Position numbers and translations under genes: made by a program. Under the pieces are notes generated by a model that did no database searches, was not told where the DNA came from, and saw nothing but the letters and a program-made list of their open reading frames with translations. 64,000 bases of DNA. Origin: Candidatus Borrarchaeum weybense. GTDB taxonomy: Archaea > Asgardarchaeota > Sifarchaeia > Borrarchaeales > Borrarchaeaceae. Below, piece by piece: positions 46,630-56,535 of this stretch; within the stretch, counting starts at the first letter, position 1, and each line of letters starts with the position of its first letter. Where the stretch lies: the NCBI GenBank assembly GCA_019057385.1, contig JAHQJS010000004.1, positions 805,062 through 869,061 on the forward strand, written 5' to 3'.

Positions 46630-47925
46630 CTACAAACCGTATTGCTCTTTTACAAGATTAGCGATTCCCATCTGTTCCAGACGTGCCATTGGGACGAGAC
46701 TAGAGATGTGAACGACACCTGGAAGTCGACCGATTTCAATGCCGCCGGTGATAGTTACACGGTTCTTCACTTCGTTTATGTCCATAGAGCATAACTGTGC
46801 CATTCGTTCGAGACCGTTCATTGTTGCAGCATTGAGATCTCCACCTGTGCCCACTACAGATATAGGGGCAACTGCGGTTTGAAGTTCAAGGTTATATTTC
46901 TTAGCTACGGATCGCGCGATCTCCAGTTCATTACTAGAAGGCAATCTTGCTAATGGCGGTAGATCTTCCATCTTTGGTATCAATATCGGACCATCATTCC
47001 CCAATTTCTTAATAACTTCAACACCCATAGTGACCTCAGCAGAAACGTCCGTCGTGTGACCAGAAATCTCTCCATCACCCTGCATCGCATGTACATCGCC
47101 TACAACTATGCCAGCTCTATCCACTTTAACAGGTGCGATAACAATTGTTCCTTCACCAACTGTATCAACGTCCATGTGTGAATCGCTACGTAACGCTAGC
47201 TCTTCTGCTGTAATAGCATGGTCGTGAGGAGCTCCTATAAGAAACGTACCAAAGTCCCCGGCGTTATGACTGCTGGGCATTTCAACACCAGGTAATGTTC
47301 CAAAGTTTCCTAGCATTGGTCGTACCTTAGATATAATGCCGGCTGGTGTATCTGCCAAAGCTAAAAGCAATATCGAATGGCATGTAAAACCTGCAGGTGC
47401 TGCTGCATATTCTTTTGCGTTTCTAGCTATATCTTCCGCTGTGGCTTTGTCAACAGTCACTCCAACAGTACGACCATCGTCAAACACCATAGTATAGCCA
47501 TTTGTTACATCAAATGCAGATACAGGCGTATCACAATCGGCACATCGAATTGCATCCTTACCAGTTCCCTTCACAACGGTGTTAGGGTTTACTTTTCCAC
47601 ATCCCGGACATTTCTTAGCTACAAAGGGATCACCAACATAACTTCCTTCTCGAGCAGTTTCTGTACCAGAAGCTGCTGCCTTAGAAGTGATCGAGATTTT
47701 CTTAATTTTGAGAACTAAGCCGTCTCCAACAGCTGCACCCTCAACAGCTACGGGTCGTGAAATTGTATGACCACTTCTGATTTCTGGCGTGATCATGGGT
47801 CCATAACAGGCTGGTTCAGTACCCGTTGTTAAAACGCCTCCATCCCTCACGGGGCCAAGCATATCAGTTTTAGGTCCGATCAAGTCTACAAATTCACTAA
47901 CATAAACGGTATCTGATGCGACCAT
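46630..47925 (-). CDS. Acetamidase/formamidase family protein
   Basis: GPMITP, PVAVEGA, SHNAGDFG, GDVHAMQGDGEISGHTTD. Confidence 0.9.
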   Translation of the reverse strand: MVASDTVYVSEFVDLIGPKTDMLGPVRDGGVLTTGTEPACYGPMITPEIRSGHTISRPVAVEGAAVGDGLVLKIKKISITSKAAASGTETAREGSYVGDPFVAKKCPGCGKVNPNTVVKGTGKDAIRCADCDTPVSAFDVTNGYTMVFDDGRTVGVTVDKATAEDIARNAKEYAAAPAGFTCHSILLLALADTPAGIISKVRPMLGNFGTLPGVEMPSSHNAGDFGTFLIGAPHDHAITAEELALRSDSHMDVDTVGEGTIVIAPVKVDRAGIVVGDVHAMQGDGEISGHTTDVSAEVTMGVEVIKKLGNDGPILIPKMEDLPPLARLPSSNELEIARSVAKKYNLELQTAVAPISVVGTGGDLNAATMNGLERMAQLCSMDINEVKNRVTITGGIEIGRLPGVVHISSLVPMARLEQMGIANLVKEQYGL

Positions 47926-48043
47926 TTAGTTTCCTCCTACATTTTTCTTTTTAAATCACCTAAAAAACGAGGTGTGAAGTATTACTATGGCATATCAGAT
48001 ATATAACACCAACATCTGTTGCATGTGGTTATTTTTTGTAGTA

Positions 48044-48301
48044 GTGAACTACCACCCTACAAGTAAGCTGGCTTCCTGAATCATCCATTCCCCAGCGGGA
48101 CATGTCAAACAGTCTCTACGGGCAGTCCCTGCCCTGAACGTGATATGAATGTGAGAACTGGCGAGTGTTATCTCAGTTCAATTCTACTTAGAATCTCTGC
48201 AAAACCGTATTTGAAGATTAGGGAGTATCGTGAAAGTGAAAAAAGTAACACACGCAATTCATCCCCCCAACACGTTGAGGGGGTCTTCTTGCGGAGACAT
48301 G
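48044..48301 (-). mobile_element. Protein-less IS605 mini-element with TnpB-type omegaRNA/right end
   Basis: Minus strand TTAT|CATGTCTCCGCAAGAAGACCCCC..GGGGGGATGAATTGCG left end; GGGCAGGGACTGCCCGTAGAGAC...TCAGGAAGCC...GGTAGTTCAC right end. Confidence 0.8.
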
Positions 48302-48566
48302 ATAATCCCGAATAAACGTGAGATTCTTTACGTGGTACAAATAGAAGTTTTTACAGAAACCGAAATATTTTTTAATTCATTATGTTTTTCGATAATAGAC
48401 AGAATTAAAAAAATTACTCACACGAATAGTAATTGTTGTAACGCAAATTTTAAATTGCGTTCAGAAATTGCCTACTAGAAATGAGAGGTTGATTCATAGA
48501 AATCAAATGAAACATCTCTTAAATACTTATAATTGAAGTCAATATAATGACAAAAGAGGTATACAA

Positions 48567-49781
48567 ATGGCGAAATTTCCTGAAGTTTTAGACGTTACAT
48601 ATGCTAATAGTTTACCAGTTTCAAAGATACCGACAGAAATTGTGGAAAGAAAAGGTGCAGGGCATCCAGATGTACTTTGTGATAAAGCATCAGAAGAATT
48701 GAGTATTAAACTCTCTGAATGGTATCTGGATACTTTTGGAGCAATTATGCATCACAATGTTGATAAATGCGTCCTTAGCGGCGGACAGTCGAATGCACGG
48801 TTTGGAGGTGGAGAAGTTATTGAACCAATCTACCTACTGCTTGTTGGCAGGGCTGTCGGAATTGTTGGCGGTGATCGAGCTAATCAAGTGCCGATTGGTA
48901 AGCTGGCGGTACGACATACAAAGCGATGGCTCGCTGATACGCTTCCGCATTTAGATGTTGATGGCGATATCATTATTGATTATAAAATTCGAAGTGGAAG
49001 CACTGACTTGGTGGGGAACTTTGAAGAAGGCGTGGACGTCCCACGTTCGAATGATACTTCTATTGGAGTTGGTTATGCTCCTTTTACTGATTTAGAGCGC
49101 TTAACATACGAGTCTGAAATGCTTCTTAACTCACGAAAAGTTAAGTATCGATTCCCTGAAATTGGCGAGGATATCAAGGTCATGGGAGTTCGTAGAAACG
49201 ATAAAATACAACTTACCGTTGCAAATGCTATCATCTCAAGTGTATGTCCTGATGCAGATCACTATATGAGCGTAAAGGATGATATTAAGGAACTCGTCTT
49301 GAGACAATCTGCTGATATTACTGACAAGGAAGTTATTGTAAAAGTGAATACCGCTGATGATCCCAGCGCAGGAATCTACTATCTGACGTGCACAGGTACG
49401 AGTGCTGAACATGGAGATGACGGTCAAGTTGGCAGGGGTAATCGCTCAAATGGCTTGATTACTCCAAAACGTCCTATGACACTAGAAGCTGCTGCTGGTA
49501 AGAACCCTATAAGTCATGTTGGCAAAACGTATAATGTAGCAGCACGCAGAATTTGTAATAAAATAGTGGATGAACTTACAGAAGTCACAGACGCTTCGTG
49601 TTGCATCGTTTCAGAAATCGGGTGCCCCATCACAGAGCCTCAGGTTCTTGAAGTAGAACTACATGCAGGGAATTCAAGTCCCGAAATCAATTCCACAGTT
49701 GCCTCAATTGCTGAAGAAGTTATGAATGAATTGCCAACAATCTGGCGTGGATTCCTTAATCGTCAATATGAACTTTATTGA
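48567..49781 (+). CDS. mat: Archaeal-type S-adenosylmethionine synthetase
   Basis: EIVERKGAGHPD, HHNVDK, NDTSIGVGYAP, GEDIKVMG, GRGNR, EAAAGKNP.SHVGK. Confidence 0.96.
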   Translation: MAKFPEVLDVTYANSLPVSKIPTEIVERKGAGHPDVLCDKASEELSIKLSEWYLDTFGAIMHHNVDKCVLSGGQSNARFGGGEVIEPIYLLLVGRAVGIVGGDRANQVPIGKLAVRHTKRWLADTLPHLDVDGDIIIDYKIRSGSTDLVGNFEEGVDVPRSNDTSIGVGYAPFTDLERLTYESEMLLNSRKVKYRFPEIGEDIKVMGVRRNDKIQLTVANAIISSVCPDADHYMSVKDDIKELVLRQSADITDKEVIVKVNTADDPSAGIYYLTCTGTSAEHGDDGQVGRGNRSNGLITPKRPMTLEAAAGKNPISHVGKTYNVAARRICNKIVDELTEVTDASCCIVSEIGCPITEPQVLEVELHAGNSSPEINSTVASIAEEVMNELPTIWRGFLNRQYELY

Positions 49782-49928
49782 AGACCGAAATTAAATTTCT
49801 TAGCGAGAGCATTTTTCCCTCTATTTTTTCTTATTTCTTTTAAAATTTCACTATGGTACTTGTCATAGCCTCATTTGAGTTTTTAAGGTAGTCAAAACTC
49901 TTTAAGCCGTCTTTTCTATAGGTGCAAA

Positions 49929-49972
49929 AGTTTTTTATTAAAGATATACAGTTTTTTATTAAAGATATACAG
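49929..49972. repeat. Perfect 21-bp tandem duplication
   Basis: AGTTTTTTATTAAAGATATAC x2. Confidence 0.9.
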
Positions 49973-50073
49973 CGTAATGAATGATATAGAAATTGAAACT
50001 AGACTTAATTGCGTAAAACTAAGTTTAAATTTTTAAACTTGGATTGTCTAACTGTATCGTTGAGGTTCTATTT

Positions 50074-50589
50074 ATGAGCACGCGTTATACATTCAAGTGT
50101 ATTGTAGCAGGCGATGGGGGTACAGGAAAAACAACATTGATTAACAGATATATTACCAAAACATTCTCAGTTGATACAAAGGTCACAATTGGTGCTGGTT
50201 TCTATACAAAGACTCTAGAGATAAATGATTCAATTTTGAAACTTCAAATATGGGACTTCGGAGGCGAAAAACGGTTTCGGTTCATCCTACCCACATACTG
50301 CAAAGGCGCACATGGAGTAATTATGGCTTTTGATCTTACGCGGCTTCCAACATTAATAGGTCTCGACGAATGGATAGATATCATTAAGAAAAATGCAGCA
50401 ACAAATCCAAAGATCATTCTTATCGGAACAAAGAGTGACTTAGGACAAATAGTAGATGAGGAAATAATCAACGAGTTCCTCGCAAGAAATAAAGACGTTT
50501 CTTCATTCTATAAAACAAGTTCAAAGACTGGAGAAAACATTGAGGTTGTTTTCGAACAAATGGGACAACTATTGCTTGACAGAGTTTAA
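50074..50589 (+). CDS. Rab-like small GTPase
   Basis: G1 GDGGTGKTT, G2 TIG, G3 WDFGGE, G4 TKSD, G5 TSSK; no C-terminal prenylation motif. ATG 50074 follows GAGGT. Confidence 0.92.
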   Translation: MSTRYTFKCIVAGDGGTGKTTLINRYITKTFSVDTKVTIGAGFYTKTLEINDSILKLQIWDFGGEKRFRFILPTYCKGAHGVIMAFDLTRLPTLIGLDEWIDIIKKNAATNPKIILIGTKSDLGQIVDEEIINEFLARNKDVSSFYKTSSKTGENIEVVFEQMGQLLLDRV

Positions 50590-50599
50590 GGTAATAAAA

Positions 50600-50875
50600 A
50601 TGCCTGAAAACGAAAAAAAGGTCGTTGTCTTTTGCAAGATATGTGATTGCTTTGTTTCCATTATATTTTCAAAAAAAGAATTTCTCGAAAAGGCAAAGTT
50701 TGATGGTGGACTTGTTTCAGGCACATTTTTGCATAAATCAAAGAATAAAGAAGATCCCGCGCATGCTCTCTTAGTTTATTTCGATAAGAATTTCAATCAT
50801 CGTGGTACAGTATGCTCAAAAGTAATTAAGACAAAAAGTACAAAACGTACAAAGGGAGAGGAAATGAAGAGGTAG
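50600..50875 (+). CDS. Small putative Zn-binding protein downstream of the GTPase
   Basis: CKIC...H...HALLVYFDKNF; ATG 10 nt after the GTPase stop. Confidence 0.65.
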   Translation: MPENEKKVVVFCKICDCFVSIIFSKKEFLEKAKFDGGLVSGTFLHKSKNKEDPAHALLVYFDKNFNHRGTVCSKVIKTKSTKRTKGEEMKR

Positions 50876-51028
50876 TCTTCACCGCCCTAAGGTTCCCTAT
50901 GTTTTCAAAACTTGTTTACTGCAAGCTGAGTTATTTATGTCTTTTTCTATGTGTTGATGAGAAGGTTTTTAATTTTTTAAGTTTATTGAAGCCGCATAAA
51001 AGAAATATATTTTACAATCGATAAGGGA

Positions 51029-52447
51029 TTGCTTTTGAAAATACTTTTAATCAACCCACCTGTTTTTCACGCAAAAGAAGTACGTATCAAATCACGTCTT
51101 TTTACCACTGAGAAATATATGAATGTGTTTGGAGAGCCGATAGGTCTTATGTATCTTGCAAATTATTTGCAAGCAAATGGGCATGAAGTACAAATTGTTG
51201 ATGTATCTAATGATAAAATTTGGAACAATTTACCTGATATAATCCGTAAATCAGGTGAAGATTTAATTGGAATTTCCAGTATGACGACTGGCATTATCGA
51301 AGCACTAGAAACTGCTCAAATATGTAAAGAAGAGCTTAATGTACCAGTTGTTTTTGGTGGGGCTCATGCCTCTGGGACTCCTGAAACTCTTACTAAACAC
51401 CCAGCTGTTGATATATCCGTTATAGGAGAAGGAGAACAAACATTTGTAGAGTTACTATCCACAATTGAACAAGGGACTTCACTAAAAGAAGTCGATGGAA
51501 TTTGTTTTAAACACAATGGATCTATTGTACGAACCGCCCCAAGGCAGTTGATTGGTGATTTAGACAGTATCCCTTGGCCAGCTCGTGATCTTGTTGATAT
51601 GAAAAACTATTACATGGACATCTCGTCACATCGAGGCATCTGGCCTGCTTATACAGTGTTTGCATCACGCGGCTGTCCTTTTAATTGCTCCTTTTGTACC
51701 TCTAATATCTGGGGTAGACGTTGGAGAAAGCGCGACCCAAAAAAGGTAGTAGATGAAATAGAAGCAGTATATGAACAATTTCGTAGACCTGGCATCAAAT
51801 TTGGAGATTTTGTTTTTAATGTTGATAAGAATTGGGTAAAGCAAATCTGCAATGAGATATTGAGTAGAGGACTTGATATTAAATGGAGCGCTAAAACAAG
51901 CATACATGGGGTTACACCTGAACTTCTTGATTTGATGAACCGTTCAGGATGCGTTTTACTGAAATATGGTGGAGAAAGTGCAGATCAAGAGATTTTATCA
52001 CTTCTAAATAAAAAACAAACTAACGATGAAGTCGAAAACGCAATAAAATGGACAAGAGAGGCGGATATTTCACCTCACTTATATTTTCTTGTAGGTGTTC
52101 CACAAGAAACAGAAGAATCAAAAAAACGAACATTTGAATTTGCGAAACGACTTTTTCACAAATATGATGCAAAAATTAAGTTCAGCACTTTGTATGTGTT
52201 TCCAGGAACAGAAATTGAAGAAATGGCTGGATTAAAGGGGTATGATTATTATACTCCTTTACCCGAAATTGAATCTACTTCACGTGCTCCTTTATACAGT
52301 GTTGTTACAGGAATGTACTCTGAAAACGAAATTAATCGAATACGTGAACGTTACGATAAATATTTCGCAATTCGTTCGGCATGGAGATACGTACGTAGAA
52401 ATCCTTTTAGTTTACGTAGCTGGAAGTATATATTCCGCAATCTTTAA
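51029..52447 (+). CDS. B12-binding radical SAM protein
   Basis: LLINPP, PIGLMYLA, VFGGAHAS, SRGCPFNCSFC, YGGES. Confidence 0.92.
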   Translation: MLLKILLINPPVFHAKEVRIKSRLFTTEKYMNVFGEPIGLMYLANYLQANGHEVQIVDVSNDKIWNNLPDIIRKSGEDLIGISSMTTGIIEALETAQICKEELNVPVVFGGAHASGTPETLTKHPAVDISVIGEGEQTFVELLSTIEQGTSLKEVDGICFKHNGSIVRTAPRQLIGDLDSIPWPARDLVDMKNYYMDISSHRGIWPAYTVFASRGCPFNCSFCTSNIWGRRWRKRDPKKVVDEIEAVYEQFRRPGIKFGDFVFNVDKNWVKQICNEILSRGLDIKWSAKTSIHGVTPELLDLMNRSGCVLLKYGGESADQEILSLLNKKQTNDEVENAIKWTREADISPHLYFLVGVPQETEESKKRTFEFAKRLFHKYDAKIKFSTLYVFPGTEIEEMAGLKGYDYYTPLPEIESTSRAPLYSVVTGMYSENEINRIRERYDKYFAIRSAWRYVRRNPFSLRSWKYIFRNL

Positions 52448-52559
52448 AAAAAGGTATTCTTTCTTGATCTATATCTCGTATTCTACAAAGGTCTAAAACA
52501 CTAGGCAAACTTTTGTTTTATCAGCCTACGGAACTTTATCATTATTTTGGCGAAATATC

Positions 52560-53864
52560 ATGGAATCTTCAGCTGGTTTCAAAGAAAGCGTATACACGGT
52601 CAGCACATGCACTCTTGCTATTTCATCATTTGTAGTAAATCTTGGCTTTGGATTAACGTTGCCCTATTTCCCATTATTTGCTATTGAGTTGGGCGCGAAA
52701 GTCTGGCACGTAGGTTTTCTTGTTACCTCTTTCATTGTGGGGCGTGTTCTATTTAATGACAGGGCCGGAAGGTTTTCAGATAAATACGGGAGGAAACTTA
52801 TCATCAACCTCGGTGCCCTTGGGTATGCATTAATTTCGATCGTCATGTTCTTCATCACACACTGGTTACACATGCTGGTACTGAATTTCTTCTGGGGAAT
52901 GGCTTCCGCTTTTGTTTGGTCGCCGAGTGAGGCGTGTTTGGTAGATCAGGTCTCACCTAAGAAAAGAGGAGAAGCACTTAGCATGTTTTTCACACTTACT
53001 AACTTCGGATGGGTTGGCGGACCGGCAATAGGGGGTTTAGCGCAACATTATGCTTTCACTACCCTCAATATGTCGATCGCAGACTCGTTTCGCTTCCCAT
53101 TCTATATAGTCTTTGTACTTTCTTTACTTTCACTTGTCATTGTGCGTCTTTGTGTCCAAGAAACGCGTGGAAAAGGAACTGCATGCGAAATTTCTGGCCC
53201 ATCCTTGAAGATTGACAATCCCGGTGAAGGAAACTCAAAATTACCTAAATATTTGAAAAGAAACCTCTACGTATTTTTCTTCGCTGCATTTGCAAATGGG
53301 TTCAGCTGGGCATTCCTTGAGCCTTTATTGCCCATTTACTTGACCGATAAAATTGGAGCTATTCCTCTTGAGATCGGTATAATCTTTACTACAGCAGGTT
53401 TGTGTGGTATATTTGTGAATTATCCCTCTGGACGAATGAGTGACAAATTTGGTAGAAAACCACTTATCAGCGTTGGGATGGTCTGCTCGCGAACAGCGAC
53501 TTTATTAATACCAGCGTTCTCTCAAACAGCTGCAAATGTAATCGGTGTAATGGGCGTCAGATCTGTCGGTTTTAATGTAAGTCAGCCAGCTCTACGCGCT
53601 CTACAAGCAGATCAAGTTCCACATGCTCGACGAGGACAATTATTTGGACGAATTGAAATGTTCTTTGATGTCGGAATGATTATAGGTTCTCTTATCTCCC
53701 CCCCTCTCTATTCTGCATTTGGATCTGTCCCGTTGTTTACTTTATTTGGACATGTCATTCTTGGAGAAATTATACCCTTTGCGATTCCAGCTATTATGGG
53801 GATAACGGCATTGGTATGCATTTTGGTGTTTATCCTTACAAAAAAAGAAAGTGAGGAATGTTAG
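52560..53864 (+). CDS. MFS transporter
   Basis: GRFSDKYGRK and GRMSDKFGRK motif A, 12 TM. Confidence 0.92.
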   Translation: MESSAGFKESVYTVSTCTLAISSFVVNLGFGLTLPYFPLFAIELGAKVWHVGFLVTSFIVGRVLFNDRAGRFSDKYGRKLIINLGALGYALISIVMFFITHWLHMLVLNFFWGMASAFVWSPSEACLVDQVSPKKRGEALSMFFTLTNFGWVGGPAIGGLAQHYAFTTLNMSIADSFRFPFYIVFVLSLLSLVIVRLCVQETRGKGTACEISGPSLKIDNPGEGNSKLPKYLKRNLYVFFFAAFANGFSWAFLEPLLPIYLTDKIGAIPLEIGIIFTTAGLCGIFVNYPSGRMSDKFGRKPLISVGMVCSRTATLLIPAFSQTAANVIGVMGVRSVGFNVSQPALRALQADQVPHARRGQLFGRIEMFFDVGMIIGSLISPPLYSAFGSVPLFTLFGHVILGEIIPFAIPAIMGITALVCILVFILTKKESEEC

Positions 53865-53938
53865 GTTATTATTCTTCATTTTTCATTGCTAAGACGCTGA
53901 TTTTTCTAAAAAACTCTATTAATAATAGAAAAAATCTG

Positions 53939-54946
53939 TTAAGTTTCCTTCGTTTTTATCCCTCGATTAATAACAACCTCAGCAATATCTGCAGAATAAT
54001 CGACGATTCTTTCTAAACTTGCAGCGATCGCTGCAAGATTTACCGCCAACTTAGTAGTAGAAGAAGATATTATGGGCTCAATCTTTTCATTGATCATATG
54101 CCGAATTTCTTCTTTCTTAAGAATCTGCCCATTCGCTTCTTTTAAGTCTCGAGAAAACAATGATTTAAATGCAGTTGAGTAGATCTCTAGCGTTTCTTGA
54201 CCTAGTTCATACAGCTGTTCCGTAGGACATTCCAATTCTTCTTGAAGTATTGTATCCCAATTTCTCGCAATCATCACTAAGTGATCACTAATCCGCTCTA
54301 TAGAGCGAGTTACAGCATAAAAGTCAATAATTTCTTGTTCTCGGATTCCGATCTGCTTAAGTACCATAGGGTTCCTTAAACCACCCTTCAATTGTTTGAT
54401 CGCAAGAAAGTATAATCTGTCTACAACCTCTTCTTGATTCGTAACTTCCTCCAGAGGTGATTTATTATCAATCATTGATGTCATAATAGTCTTATGCATA
54501 GAAGAGGTGAGCAAGAATAAGCGTCGAATCACTTTCCCTATTGAAAGTTCTTCGAATGACGTTAAATCTTGAAGAACAATTTTGTTCTCGTATTCTTCAA
54601 TAATTTCAACACCTAAAAGGCGATGTACGCGTTTAAGTGTCCTTTTTCTATATTCTGGCGAGATAGGACCTTTAGAATTAATTCGAATTATTTTTGGTCC
54701 ATTTAAATATTTGGCAATGAGTACACGTTCGTATAGATCAATATCCTTAAAATCATCAACATTAATAGACTCTTCGAAAAAATAGTTGTTGCCTGATGTA
54801 TTAGGTGATAATAAGAGCGACCCATCAAGCTTGTCTACAATTGAAACCTCATCTCCTGCTTTTAACCCAATTTTCTTCGCCCAATTTTTTGGAAGTGAAA
54901 CGATATATGTAGAAGTTCCTGTCAGCTGAACTTTCCTTCGTTCCAA
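53939..54946 (-). CDS. phoU: Archaeal phosphate uptake regulator (AbrB plus PhoU domains)
   Basis: RKVQLTGTSTYIVSLPKNW, VDRLYFL, IERISDH, LERIVDY. Confidence 0.92.
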   Translation of the reverse strand: MERRKVQLTGTSTYIVSLPKNWAKKIGLKAGDEVSIVDKLDGSLLLSPNTSGNNYFFEESINVDDFKDIDLYERVLIAKYLNGPKIIRINSKGPISPEYRKRTLKRVHRLLGVEIIEEYENKIVLQDLTSFEELSIGKVIRRLFLLTSSMHKTIMTSMIDNKSPLEEVTNQEEVVDRLYFLAIKQLKGGLRNPMVLKQIGIREQEIIDFYAVTRSIERISDHLVMIARNWDTILQEELECPTEQLYELGQETLEIYSTAFKSLFSRDLKEANGQILKKEEIRHMINEKIEPIISSSTTKLAVNLAAIAASLERIVDYSADIAEVVINRGIKTKET

Positions 54947-55296
54947 TAATCACACCCCAGAATGTAATCTTGATATTGCCTAAATAGACTAAATAGATGC
55001 CTTAGATCACAAGAATCTTATACAAATATATAGATTTTGGAGATGGTATATATATTATACTATAGGTCTATATTTTCTATATACTATTAATAAAGAATCT
55101 TGACTCAATCTAGCTTACAATCTATTGAAAAATCTATGGTATAGATAGAGGCTGAATTTAATAAAAAAGGCCCATTTGAGACTTTTTGCCCATTTCAAAT
55201 TGATAAAAGATAATTTCACTTTTATGTCGCTTCTATATATTCTATATAGGGGTAAAAAAACTAACAAGGGAAATTTGAAATAGTTTAGCCTTTGAT

Positions 55297-56220
55297 GTGG
55301 GGGCAAAACATCAAAAAAATCATACAGAGAGTGAATACTTGAAGCTTAACAAAAAGATAATCGGAGGAGTTGCGATCATCGTTATTTTGATGATCAGTCT
55401 CGGCGTTGTCTTTGGCACAGGATACGACAAACCACACCGCACAATTAATATCACGGGCTCAACAACAGTTCTTCCAATCTCACAACGATGCGCAGAAGAA
55501 TGGACTACGACGAAGAATCCAGATCGAAACTATCCTTATTATGACGAGATTAACGTTGCTGGAGGCGGCTCTGGTGTGGGCAAAAAGGATCTAATTGATG
55601 GAAACAATGATATCGCTGATTCTTCTTCACCTATGAAACCTGAAGAGTATGCAGATGCATACGCAAATGGCGTTAACCCTGTAGAACATGTTATTGCCCT
55701 TGACGGTCTCTCAATAGCGGTACATCCGACAAATGGACTCACTGATATTAGCATGGCTGAAATAAAAGCTATCTATGACGGAACAATTACCGACTGGAGC
55801 GAACTTGGACAACCCGCTGGCACTATCGTGGTATATAACCGTGAGAGTTCGTCTGGATCCTTCGAAACATTCGAAAAGAAAGTAATGGATGAAGAACCCA
55901 TTCGTGCTGACGCCATTGAAAAGACTTCGAACGGCGCTATGAAGCAAGCAGTATCTGGCGATCCACTTGGTATCGCTTATATTGGTATTGGCTACGTAGA
56001 TGGAACAGTAAAGGCATTAACAGTTGACGGTATCGTCGCCTCAGAAGACACTGTTCGCGCTGGAAAATATCCTATTGCGCGTGAATTATACATGTACACA
56101 GACGGCACCTTAGCGGAACAAGAAAACACCTTAGTAACAGACTTTATTAATTTCGTCTTATCCACGCAAGGGCAAGAACTTGTAGTAGAGGTCGGATTTA
56201 TCTCTGTTCATGCACTCTAG
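55297..56220 (+). CDS. pstS: Phosphate ABC transporter binding protein
   Basis: ITGSTTVLP, GGGSGVG, RESSSGS, YPIARELY. Confidence 0.95.
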   Translation: MGAKHQKNHTESEYLKLNKKIIGGVAIIVILMISLGVVFGTGYDKPHRTINITGSTTVLPISQRCAEEWTTTKNPDRNYPYYDEINVAGGGSGVGKKDLIDGNNDIADSSSPMKPEEYADAYANGVNPVEHVIALDGLSIAVHPTNGLTDISMAEIKAIYDGTITDWSELGQPAGTIVVYNRESSSGSFETFEKKVMDEEPIRADAIEKTSNGAMKQAVSGDPLGIAYIGIGYVDGTVKALTVDGIVASEDTVRAGKYPIARELYMYTDGTLAEQENTLVTDFINFVLSTQGQELVVEVGFISVHAL

Positions 56221-56262
56221 CAACTGAACCACGACAACTCCGAATAAATAGAACTCTATCAA

Positions 56263-56289
56263 TCCCCTTCTTTTTTTGTTTTTTTGTTT
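56263..56289 (+). terminator. Oligo-T terminator after pstS
   Basis: CCCCTTCTTTTTTTGTTTTTTTGTTT. Confidence 0.55.
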
Positions 56290-56363
56290 AATTTGGCAAT
56301 AACGGATTTTTATCTCATTTTCATTACGCTAGTCTTCTAACATGAGTGCTCCTAATAATAAAC

Positions 56364-56440
56364 TATATAGTTTATATAGTTATATAGAGCCGTGTATAGG
56401 GCAATATAGTGAAATATATAGGGATATAGAGCGCTATAGT
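56364..56440 (+). promoter_or_regulatory. Phased TATAG repeat array upstream of pstC (candidate archaeal pho box)
   Basis: Eight TATAG copies at about 10-bp mean spacing. Confidence 0.6.
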
Positions 56441-56535
56441 TTATGGACATCGGATCCAGCGCCTTCATAGAAAACTTTATAACCTAAGACCTATCTAGAG
56501 CAACTTAGAAGGTAACAGATTTAATATGGAATCAG

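Noticed and set aside
50860-50885. GAGGTAGTCTTCAC resembling a mini-element right end
   Set aside because: No accompanying hairpin or left end; overlaps a stop codon.
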